64,000 nt of DNA from an uncultured Methanosarcinaceae archaeon (lineage in GTDB: Archaea; Halobacteriota; Methanosarcinia; Methanosarcinales; Methanosarcinaceae), in NCBI GenBank assembly GCA_963733675.1, contig CAVTET010000004.1:352001-416000 (forward strand), in the 5' to 3' direction. The stretch's first letter is position 1. Each line of letters starts with the position of its first letter. This document shows, piece after piece, positions 55,150 to 64,000 of this stretch. The position numbers and the translations under genes were made by a program. A model generated the notes under the pieces. That model worked only from the letters and a program-made list of their open reading frames with translations, had not been told where the DNA came from and ran no database searches.

Positions 55150-56472
55150 ATGCCAACAAATGATCATATCTTGGAACTTAAGAATATCAGCCAAGTGTAT
55201 GGCAGCGAAAATCAACACTTTGTAGCTATAGAAGATCTAAATTTGATTATTGATGAGGGTGAATTTGTTACTTTATTAGGACCATCTGGATGTGGTAAGA
55301 GCACTCTGCTTCGTATCGTAACAGGTTTGCATCAACCAAGTAGTGGCATGGTACTCTACCGAAATAAACCTCTGCTCGGAGTTAATCCACATTCTGCGAT
55401 TGTTTTTCAAACATTTGCTCTGTTTCCCTGGTTAACTGCACAACAGAACATCGAAGTTGTGCTTAAAACGCGAGGCATTCCACTGAAACAGCGAATGGCG
55501 CGTGCAATAGAATTGCTGGGTTTAGTTGGTCTGGGTGGTTTTGAGAATGCATATCCACGTGAATTATCAGGTGGTATGCGTCAAAAGGTCGGGTTTGCCC
55601 GCGCTATGGCCACAGAACCTGAATTGCTTTGTATGGATGAGCCATTCTCATCGTTAGATGTGCTGAGCGCAGAAGCCCTGCGTGGCGACTTACTAGAGAT
55701 ATGGCTTAGGGGAAATATCCCTACTCAGGCCATATTGATGGTCACGCATAATATAGAAGAAGCTGTCTTTATGGCAGATCGTATAGTTGTGATGGAAAAG
55801 AGCCCTGGAAGGATAGTGGCAAATCTAAAAGTGGATTTGCCACATCCGCGCCAGCGTAGAGATTTCGATTTCTTGGCTTTAGTGGATAATGTATATTCTA
55901 TACTTGCAGGTCAGACTCAGCCTGAGAATATAGAGATGGGGGTAGCTCCTGGAGAGCCTGGCCATGTGCGTGTCTTGCCTCATATAATAATTAACGATTT
56001 GGCGGGCTTACTAGAATATTTGGATAAGATCCCCAATAACCGCGAAGATATTTACCGCCTGGCTGGAGAACTCAGGGTAGATACTAAAAGTTTATTTCAC
56101 CTGATCGAAGCTGCAGAATTATTAGGTTTTGCTATTATTGCACAGGGTGATATTAGCCTGACCCCCCTTGGTAAAACTTTTGCAGATGCAGACATTTTGG
56201 CTCGCAAGACGCTTTTTGCTACCCGTATTTGTCGTTTACCCCTTTTTAGGTGGTTGCTTGATATGTTGCAAGCTGACCATAAACACCAGCTAGAAAGAAA
56301 TGTAATTGAAATGGCACTAGAACTGCAATTTCACTCTGAAGAAGCTAAACATCAAATTGAGACTGCTATCAATTGGGGACGCTATGCAAAAGTTATCTCG
56401 TATGATGATAATAATGAGATGTTCTACCTTCAACCAGGAGATGTTACATCATGTTATTTAGAGAACAAATAA
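55150..56472 (+). CDS. NitT/TauT ABC ATP-binding protein with a C-terminal AAA-associated domain
   Basis: GPSGCGKS, LSGGMRQ and MDEPF motifs; C-terminal extension ending INWGRYA. Confidence 0.92.
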   Translation: MPTNDHILELKNISQVYGSENQHFVAIEDLNLIIDEGEFVTLLGPSGCGKSTLLRIVTGLHQPSSGMVLYRNKPLLGVNPHSAIVFQTFALFPWLTAQQNIEVVLKTRGIPLKQRMARAIELLGLVGLGGFENAYPRELSGGMRQKVGFARAMATEPELLCMDEPFSSLDVLSAEALRGDLLEIWLRGNIPTQAILMVTHNIEEAVFMADRIVVMEKSPGRIVANLKVDLPHPRQRRDFDFLALVDNVYSILAGQTQPENIEMGVAPGEPGHVRVLPHIIINDLAGLLEYLDKIPNNREDIYRLAGELRVDTKSLFHLIEAAELLGFAIIAQGDISLTPLGKTFADADILARKTLFATRICRLPLFRWLLDMLQADHKHQLERNVIEMALELQFHSEEAKHQIETAINWGRYAKVISYDDNNEMFYLQPGDVTSCYLENK

Positions 56473-56822
56473 ATTTGATGTACAATATCATTAATTATAC
56501 TTGATTTAGGTCTTTTCCTTCTTTATTATACTTTATCAGTTTTAGTCAAGTCTTTATTTCATTATGACACCATCTTCCATGGCAAAGCCAATTGAACATT
56601 AGTATTTAGAAGTGCTTTTTTGATGAATGTATTTCTTATGAGCTTCCACTTTAAATTTTACCGGATAAAAAATCAATGCGGAAGACAGTATTAGCAGCTG
56701 AATTTATACTTGTCAATTTTAAGGTATCAAGGAAATTTCAGGAAATTCATAATATCAAGGGTGCTTGGGGCACGGCAGTTACTATCCAGTACGTAGTTTT
56801 TGGAAACATATACCTTAAATCA

Positions 56823-57677
56823 GGTTCCGTTGCAAAAAATTCAAAAAAATATGTAAATCTTTAGGTAATGAATAAAAATCAGAATATTCAAAGAAAATGC
56901 ACTAACATTATAAAACTATACCAAACAATTGATTAATGTATTTGACTTCACTAAGAACAGAGTAATTTAGATCATTTACTTGTCCTTTTTTGATCATATT
57001 CATAGCTTCAATTCCTTTTAAAGTCTTATTAGCAGATTGAAAAGACTGAAATCCTAACATTGGATTAACGATTCGCTTTATAAATCTATGATCTTGTTCT
57101 ATAATGTTATTCAAATACTTGATTTGTCGAATATCTACGTTTTTAGGTAGTATTTTATCATTTTTCAGTTTACCTATAGCAGGTGGATAAGCTGGATTCT
57201 TATCAACTGTTATTACTCTTGGAATTTGATTATGATTAGAACTCAAAGCTTTCTTAAAAAATCTCTTCGCTGCATTTCGATTTCGTTTTGCACTTAACAT
57301 GAAATCAATTGTATCTCCATTTGAGTCAACTGCTCGGTAAAGATATTTCCATTTACCTTTTATTTTGATATAGGTTTCATCAACTTTCCACGAATAGTTT
57401 GTTAGTCTTAAATGTCTTCTTATCTTCTTTTCTAGTTCAGGGGAATATTGATGTACCCATCTCATTATAGTACTGTGATCAACTTGAATTCCTCTTTCTA
57501 TCATCATTTCCTTTAAGTTTCTATAGCTCAGTGGGTATTTTAAGTACCATCTTACATTCAATAAGATAATTTCTCCTTCATAATGCTTCCATTTAAAGGA
57601 ATCAGATAGCATATTACTATCTTTGGTTTTCTTTTTATTCTATTGCATCAATTAGAAAGGATTTTTGCAACGGAACC
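56823..57677 (-). mobile_element. IS6-family insertion sequence, copy 3
   Basis: Same TIRs as copies 1 and 2. Confidence 0.95.
56908..57612 (-). CDS. IS6 DDE transposase
   Basis: Full-length 234 aa. Confidence 0.93.
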   Translation of the reverse strand: MLSDSFKWKHYEGEIILLNVRWYLKYPLSYRNLKEMMIERGIQVDHSTIMRWVHQYSPELEKKIRRHLRLTNYSWKVDETYIKIKGKWKYLYRAVDSNGDTIDFMLSAKRNRNAAKRFFKKALSSNHNQIPRVITVDKNPAYPPAIGKLKNDKILPKNVDIRQIKYLNNIIEQDHRFIKRIVNPMLGFQSFQSANKTLKGIEAMNMIKKGQVNDLNYSVLSEVKYINQLFGIVL

Positions 57678-57840
57678 GTATTTCATATTTCTTCAAGTTC
57701 CCACTCCGACTTCCAGAATTTTTCCATTAAGGCATGAAAGTGCTTCTCTTCTCCATTTTTTGAAAATGAGAAGCTTGAGCGGTAAATCTATTAGCTCATA
57801 TATGGGTGCAATTCTGTCGTACTTAGGGGCTACTGACACT
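57678..57840 (-). pseudogene. Class I SAM methyltransferase N-terminus truncated by IS6
   Basis: KYDRIAPIYELID..GKILEVGVGT*RNMKY, then the IS6 TIR. Confidence 0.75.
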
Positions 57841-58829
57841 ATAGTCAACTCAACAATCAATCGATACTGGATTATTATGGATAATTTATTTAAAAATTCA
57901 TTTAAAGCTTGTTGCACAATGAGTCGGGCAACAAATAATTATTTGGAATGAAATAGATCTAGATGCTTATAAAAATAATTAAGTATTGTGTAAAAATATC
58001 TTAAATTATTTAGCTGTGGGTCCTCATTGATATTATATTGTCTTTTTGGTTCTCACTTTGTGAGATTAGTTAGAAAACATTTGAAAGAGCAATTGAAATA
58101 AATCCTCATATTCATATGCTTTAGTAAAATCATGAATGTATTTATTCTCTCATCAACAAAAAGGATAATTCAATCTTTAATTTAAAAAAAGCCATCTATC
58201 TTGACTCATACTATAAATAAGCCGCAAAAACAGACTATGACTTTAAAGAACTGGAACCAACAAATAGTTTCAGGAATTATTAAGTAAAAATGAAGATTTA
58301 GTTGAATTATTTGTTCTAAGCTGTGCGAAATTCTATAAATCGCGGGGAAAACAGAAATACACTGAAATAATTTTCCCGTATTTCTTTTTTTTGGGATTCT
58401 CCCTCATTTAATTGATGTTATTCCGAAATATCCTTAATACCGTCGAAATATCCGTTTTCATTAAGTTTTCAACAATCACAGAAAACCCGGGAGAAAGGAA
58501 AAAAACTCAAGCGATCCTTTCGAATCCTCCCATATTTCCCATGGTTTACCTCAATTTGGCATACAGTAAAGAAATTTTAATAATTAACTCTAATTCTGGT
58601 AATGAACTATGATAATAAAAACATCACAAACATAATGCGAGACAGTAAAAACATTACAGAGAGGTATTAAATCAAAAATAAAAATACAAACAAACAGAAA
58701 GGCCTATATAACAATAATATATCAAGTCTTGCAAAAAATAGCCTGAAAATAATGATATCATTTTAGTAATGGAATCTTCATATGTTATTAATTTTTTATA
58801 TAAGTTATACCCATTTCAATAGTATCTGT

Positions 58830-58921
58830 AGAGTATTTCAAGAAAACCCCTTAATTTCATCAGACGCTTACAAATTGCAGACAAATGACTCATGAAAATC
58901 AGAGATCTATCGAAGCTCTCT
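58830..58921. mobile_element. Short MITE, AGAGGATTTC-end family (degenerate)
   Basis: AGAGTATTTCAAGAAAACC ... CATGAAAATCAGAG..CTCTCT; shares TCATGAAAATCAGAG with 14063-14140. Confidence 0.5.
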
Positions 58922-59271
58922 GTAAATGAAGATTCGAAACTGTGTTGCACAATAATGGGTGTAATGGGAAATAGGGATTGAAGAAATTCATCCGAAAATA
59001 TATGATAAACGATAGAGAGGGGAATAAACCAAATAGTTTAAATAATTACAAAGAGTATTCACCCAAAAATGAAGGTAATTATGAAAATTAATGAGACTGA
59101 GCTTCGGGAAAATAAACATGAACCTTATTATTTGGGTCTACCCACATATAGATTATCAGTATCATTGGGGATGTAAGAAGCAAAAATTATGAAAAGAGTG
59201 AACAGAAAAATTTAATGCTGTAGGAGAAAGTTCTCCGAATCAATTAAAAAAATTGAAAAACTAGAGGGACA

Positions 59272-59940
59272 ATGAACTCGCCTAAATTTAAAATTCACAG
59301 CTCTTCTAAAATATATGGCACCTCTGTAATCGGGAAAGACACGGTAATACTGGAAAATGTGATTCTTGGATACCCTGAACACAAGGTCCTTATGGAGATC
59401 TTGAAACAGAATCTAGAAATTGAAGATTTTGATTTCCCGGGCTGTACAATAGGCCAGAATTCTATTATAAGGATCGGCTCAACGATATTTTCCAATGTAA
59501 ACACTGGGAAAAACTTAAAAACTGGACATAATGTGATGATTCGAGAAAACACTGAAATAGGAAATGATGTTCTTATTGGAACCAATGTCATTATAGATGG
59601 CCATGTGAATATCGGCAACAATGTCAGCATTCAAGGCAATGTATATATTCCTACCAATGTTGTTATCGAAGACAGAGTGTTTATAGGTCCCTGTGCTGTT
59701 CTCGCCAATGATAAATATCCCATCCGAAAAAAATACGAGTTAAAAGGTCCTGTTTTGAGAAAAGGTGCTTCGATAGGTGCAAATGCAACCCTACTTCCAG
59801 ATGTTGAAATTGGAGAAGGAGCGATGGTTGCCGGAGGAGCACTTGTAACAAAAAGCGTACCTTCCTGGAAACTTGCTATTGGCGCGCCCGCCAGAATACA
59901 GGAACTTCCGAAGGATTTATGTGAATTGAACAAAATATAA
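59272..59940 (+). CDS. Hexapeptide-repeat N-acetyltransferase (WbpD-like)
   Basis: Left-handed beta-helix repeats, VFIGPCAVLANDKYP and GASIGANATLLP. Confidence 0.9.
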   Translation: MNSPKFKIHSSSKIYGTSVIGKDTVILENVILGYPEHKVLMEILKQNLEIEDFDFPGCTIGQNSIIRIGSTIFSNVNTGKNLKTGHNVMIRENTEIGNDVLIGTNVIIDGHVNIGNNVSIQGNVYIPTNVVIEDRVFIGPCAVLANDKYPIRKKYELKGPVLRKGASIGANATLLPDVEIGEGAMVAGGALVTKSVPSWKLAIGAPARIQELPKDLCELNKI

Positions 59941-59999
59941 CTGTATAATAATTAAAACTGAGTAGGAGCAAATGATAGTAACATTAAAGAGGTCCAAAA

Positions 60000-61082
60000 A
60001 TGATCCCGATTGCTAAACCTCTGCTGGGTAAAGAAGAGATTGACGCAGTAAAAGAAGTCATGAATTCAGGCATGATTGCACAGGGCCCGAAAGTAGAAGA
60101 ATTCGAACTTGCTTTTTCCGAGTACACTGGCTGTGATTATGCAGCGGCTGTAAACTCTGGCACTGCAGCCCTGCATATTGCACTTCTAGCCCATGGAATA
60201 GGAAAGGAAGATGAAGTGATTACAAGTCCCTTCAGCTTTATTGCCACTGCGAACAGTATCCTTTACACAGGTGCAAAACCTGTTTTTGTAGACGTCGAAC
60301 TAGACACATTTAACATAGATCCCGAGAGAGTCAAGGAAAAAATCACTTCAAAAACGAAGGCCATTATGCCAGTACACCTTTACGGACACCCTGCAGAAAT
60401 GAAAGCCATAATGGAAATTGCCGAAGATAATAAGCTTTTTGTAATCGAGGATGCCTGCCAATCCCATGGCGCCGAATGCCTTGGAAAAAGAGTGGGAAGC
60501 TTTGGGACAGGAGCGTTCAGCTTTTACCCGACAAAGAATATGACGACTGGCGAGGGGGGGATGCTTACAACAGACAAAAAAGAAATTGCAGAAAAAGCAA
60601 AAATGATCAGAACACATGGCTCAAAAGTTCGCTACCTGCATGAAATGCTAGGTTTCAATCTTCGCATGACTGATATTGCAGCTGCAATTGGTATTGTGCA
60701 GCTTGGAAGACTGGACAAATTTACAAAAGACAGACAGGTAAACGCAGGAATTCTATCAGACGGCCTCAAAGAAATATATGAGCTTGTAACTCCAGTCACA
60801 AAAGAAGGCTGCAGTCATGTTTTCCATCAGTACACTATAAGGGCTAAAAATAGGGATCAGTTAGCAGCTTTCCTGAAAAAAAAGGAAATCGATACAGGAA
60901 TCCATTATCCTATACCCATTCACAAACAGCCCTTCTACAGGGATCTTGGATATAAAGACTCTCTGCCTGTTTCAGAGAAAACGGTTGAGGAGGTCCTCTC
61001 CCTTCCTGTACACCCTGGATTATCCAGAGACAACTTACAGAAGATAGTCGAAGCATCCCAAGAATTTTATGCAAACTATTGA
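60000..61082 (+). CDS. DegT/DnrJ/EryC1/StrS aminotransferase (WbpE-like)
   Basis: NSGTAALH, IEDACQSHG and FSFYPTKNMTTGEGG motifs. Confidence 0.95.
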   Translation: MIPIAKPLLGKEEIDAVKEVMNSGMIAQGPKVEEFELAFSEYTGCDYAAAVNSGTAALHIALLAHGIGKEDEVITSPFSFIATANSILYTGAKPVFVDVELDTFNIDPERVKEKITSKTKAIMPVHLYGHPAEMKAIMEIAEDNKLFVIEDACQSHGAECLGKRVGSFGTGAFSFYPTKNMTTGEGGMLTTDKKEIAEKAKMIRTHGSKVRYLHEMLGFNLRMTDIAAAIGIVQLGRLDKFTKDRQVNAGILSDGLKEIYELVTPVTKEGCSHVFHQYTIRAKNRDQLAAFLKKKEIDTGIHYPIPIHKQPFYRDLGYKDSLPVSEKTVEEVLSLPVHPGLSRDNLQKIVEASQEFYANY

Positions 61083-61127
61083 GTAGTTTTCCAGCCACTG
61101 CAATTTCAGAAACCGGAAGTGAGAATT

Positions 61128-62066
61128 TTGATAAGAGTAGGAGTAATAGGCACGGGTGCCATGGGACAGAACCACTTAAGGATTTACAGTGAAATGGAGG
61201 GAGTGAAACTTGCTGGGATATCTGATATAGACCAAAAGCGTGTCGAATTTATGGCGGCACAATTCAAGACAAAGGCCTTTACAGATTACAAGAAAATGTT
61301 TCTTGAAGGACTTGATGCTGTAAGTGTAGTTGTGCCAACAAAGCTGCACAAGCAGGTAGCACTCGATGCCCTTGATGCAGGAATGCAGGTCCTTGTGGAA
61401 AAACCGATTGCAGATACAACTGAAAATGCTGAGATGATGATCGAAGCCGCAAAAAAAGCCGGAAAAGTCCTTATGATAGGACATATTGAGCGTTTTAACC
61501 CCGCAGTCATAAGGCTTAAAGAAATCATAAACTCAGGAATCTTGGGTAAGATAGTTTCAATATCAACAAAAAGAGTCGGGCCCTATAACCCGAGGATAAG
61601 AGATGTGGGAGTAATTTTGGATATAGGAGTCCATGATATAGACATCATCTCGTACCTTTACGGCAAAAAAATAAATAGTGTTTATGCTATTGCAGGTGCA
61701 AACATCCACTCATTTGAAGACCATGCCTCAATTATCCTCCGTATGGATCATAACTTTGCAGGAGTTGTGGAAACAAACTGGCTGACCCCACATAAAGTAA
61801 GACAGCTCACAGCAATAGGAGTGAAGGGGGTTGCATATTTGGACTATATAAATCAAACAGTACAACTTCATGATAACGAATGGATAAGAAAAGCCAAGGT
61901 GGAACACAGCGAACCCCTAAAAAATGAACTCAAATATTTCATAGACTGCGCTGCGACAGGCAAAAAACCAAATCCCTGTGGAGAAGACGGAAAACATGCT
62001 CTTGAAGTGGCAATGGCAGCTATAAGGTCCTATCAAGAAGAAAGATTAATTGAAGTAGGAAAATAA
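61128..62066 (+). CDS. Gfo/Idh/MocA oxidoreductase, UDP-GlcNAc(A) 3-dehydrogenase (WbpB/GnnA-like)
   Basis: GVIGTGAMG, LVEKP and DIGVHDID motifs. Start TTG 61128 or GTG 61119. Confidence 0.92.
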   Translation: MIRVGVIGTGAMGQNHLRIYSEMEGVKLAGISDIDQKRVEFMAAQFKTKAFTDYKKMFLEGLDAVSVVVPTKLHKQVALDALDAGMQVLVEKPIADTTENAEMMIEAAKKAGKVLMIGHIERFNPAVIRLKEIINSGILGKIVSISTKRVGPYNPRIRDVGVILDIGVHDIDIISYLYGKKINSVYAIAGANIHSFEDHASIILRMDHNFAGVVETNWLTPHKVRQLTAIGVKGVAYLDYINQTVQLHDNEWIRKAKVEHSEPLKNELKYFIDCAATGKKPNPCGEDGKHALEVAMAAIRSYQEERLIEVGK

Positions 62067-62139
62067 TCGTAAAAGGCCCTGAGAAAGCAAAATCCCAAAA
62101 CCTCTGGAAACAGGTAATAGTTGAAAAACAATTTAGGAA

Positions 62140-63582
62140 ATGATAATTATGAATAAATTAGAACTACTTCTAAAAGAACGTGGCCAGATAAAAAAAATCG
62201 GAGTTATAGGGATGGGCTATGTAGGCATACCCTCAGCGGTTCTTTTTGCAGATGCTCCATGTTTTAATAAAGTCCTCGGTTTTCAGCGCAACTCAAAAAG
62301 TTCAGGTTATAAAATCGATATGCTCAACCTAGGAGAATGTCCTCTTAGAGGAGAGGAACCGGACCTTGAAGATCTTCTTGCCAGAGTAGTAAAAGCCGGC
62401 AAGCTAGAATGCACTCACGATTTCTCAAAAATCTCCGGACTTGATGCGGTCACCCTTGCAATTCAGACACCTTTTGCAAATCCTAAAGACCTAGAACCCG
62501 ATTTTTGCGCACTTTTTGATGGCATTAGAAATGTAGGAAAATATCTGAGGCCAGGTATACTTGTAGTACTCGAGTCAACAATTACCCCCGGTACAACTGA
62601 AGGTATAGCAAAACAGATTCTTGAAGACGAATCCGATCTAAAAGCAGGAGAAGACTTTGCCCTTGCCCATGCTCCTGAAAGGGTAATGGTAGGGAGACTT
62701 TTAAAAAATATCCGAGAACATGACAGAATAGTTGGCGGCATCAATGAAACTAGTACCAGAAGGGCAGTTGAGTTGTATTCTCCTGTGCTGACTATAGGGA
62801 AAGTAATTCCGATGAGTGCAACTGCAGCTGAGGTCACAAAAACTGCAGAGAATACTTTCCGCGACCTCCAGATTGCAGCAATCAACCAACTTGCTCTTTA
62901 TTGTGAAGCCATGGGCATAAATGTGTATGACGTCAGGAAAGGTGTGGACAGCTTAAAAGGAGAAAGTATCACAAGAGCTGTCCTTTGGCCTGGTGCCGGT
63001 GTCGGAGGCCACTGTCTTACCAAGGACACTTACCATCTAGAAAGAGGAGTTAAGATGGGAAATTCGCATCTGGATTACCCTGAAGATACAGATTCAATCT
63101 ACATACTTGCAAGAAAAATCAATGATTTCATGCCCACGCACATGTACAACCTTACTACTGCAGCCCTTGAAAAAATTGGGAAGAGGATGAAAGGGGCAAA
63201 GATTGCTATACTCGGTTGGGCCTTTATCCGAGACTCGGACGATGCCAGAAACACTCCTTCAGAACCTTACAGGAATCTTTGCCTGAAAGCAGAAGCCAAA
63301 ATAATGGTTCATGACCCATATGTTATGAATTATCCCGGAATCGAGATTTCAGATGACCTCAAAAAAGTTGTTATGGACGCAGATGCTGTTGTGTTCCTTG
63401 CAGAGCACAGCGAATATTTTAATTTAAAGGCCGATTGGATAAAGAAAGTTACCGGCAAAGAGAATACGATTGTCGTTGATGGTAGAAATGTAATTGAACC
63501 GGATGATTTTATTAGTAAGGGATTTGTATATAAGGGGATTGGAAGAGGTGATAAGAACGAACATGTGGTAGTATTAGCATAA
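62140..63582 (+). CDS. UDP-sugar 6-dehydrogenase (WbpA/WecC family)
   Basis: GMGYVG, LESTITPGTT, PER and GVGGHC motifs. Confidence 0.93.
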   Translation: MIIMNKLELLLKERGQIKKIGVIGMGYVGIPSAVLFADAPCFNKVLGFQRNSKSSGYKIDMLNLGECPLRGEEPDLEDLLARVVKAGKLECTHDFSKISGLDAVTLAIQTPFANPKDLEPDFCALFDGIRNVGKYLRPGILVVLESTITPGTTEGIAKQILEDESDLKAGEDFALAHAPERVMVGRLLKNIREHDRIVGGINETSTRRAVELYSPVLTIGKVIPMSATAAEVTKTAENTFRDLQIAAINQLALYCEAMGINVYDVRKGVDSLKGESITRAVLWPGAGVGGHCLTKDTYHLERGVKMGNSHLDYPEDTDSIYILARKINDFMPTHMYNLTTAALEKIGKRMKGAKIAILGWAFIRDSDDARNTPSEPYRNLCLKAEAKIMVHDPYVMNYPGIEISDDLKKVVMDADAVVFLAEHSEYFNLKADWIKKVTGKENTIVVDGRNVIEPDDFISKGFVYKGIGRGDKNEHVVVLA

Positions 63583-63639
63583 AATATTTTTCTTTGAGAT
63601 CTTAGTTCGGCTTTTCATATTCTGGAAGAGGGGAAAACC

Positions 63640-64000
63640 ATGATTGAAATACTAAAAACAAAAGAGGAACTTTGGGATCTTTTTACCAAAAAAGAAGAAT
63701 ACAATTCGATTTTTTCTGATAAATATGATAGGTTTCCATACTATTTAAGTAATCATAGAGATGTTTTTGATCCCATAGTATCCAGATTTCTGATAGAAAA
63801 TGGTTTGTGCCCTGAGTATCCAGACGGGAAAAAATTTGCGGTCTGTCTGACTCATGATATTGATGTAGTATATCCAGAAAGATTGTACCAGATAGCTGGA
63901 ACAGCTAAAGCATTTTCTAAAGGGAAATTAATGGATGCTATGAAAACACCCTTTTCCAGAATCAACAAGAAGTGGAACCCTTATTGGAACTTTAGAGAAA
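63640..64000 (+). CDS. Polysaccharide deacetylase-family protein (partial, runs off the window)
   Basis: MIEILKTKEELWDLF...YPDGKKFAVCLTHDID; open to the window end. Confidence 0.8.
   Translation, partial: MIEILKTKEELWDLFTKKEEYNSIFSDKYDRFPYYLSNHRDVFDPIVSRFLIENGLCPEYPDGKKFAVCLTHDIDVVYPERLYQIAGTAKAFSKGKLMDAMKTPFSRINKKWNPYWNFRE

Noticed and set aside
1-64000. tRNA or rRNA genes
   Set aside because: No cloverleaf, T-loop context or rRNA-like segments were seen.

Overview
This looks like a low-GC Methanosarcina chromosome segment, probably M. barkeri-like; that call is inferred from the thermosome, GGAGGTGA-type RBSs and the gene families present. The conserved genes are a thermosome subunit, an SF2 helicase, rubrerythrin, an ABC ATPase and, at the right end, a Wbp-type diacetamido-uronic acid sugar cluster. 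Between them is a heavily eroded accessory region. It holds three IS6 copies, two 150-bp IS6-derived MITEs, at least two other MITE families, an IS66 relic, an orphan IS200/IS605 (tnpB) right end and many pseudogenes (GH130, ferredoxin, matrixin, CDF, TPR, cstA, CHAT, methyltransferase). About 31.4-56.5 kb is mostly an ion-homeostasis island: kdpABC with a kinase-less kdpD and Usp, a duplicated NRAMP / small membrane protein / soluble MgtE-N-CBS operon with PhoU, a CDF, and an ABC pair without a binding protein. About 24.3-31.1 kb looks like a decayed virus/plasmid-like element: two terminase-small-subunit-like genes each carrying one in-frame amber codon, a wHTH gene with iteron-like repeats, and three diverged non-coding units with a covarying hairpin (candidate sRNA family). 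A compositionally alien ~0.5-kb segment (17.4-17.9 kb) sits where the 5' half of a CDF gene should be. All family assignments come from motif recognition by eye; no database searches were run.
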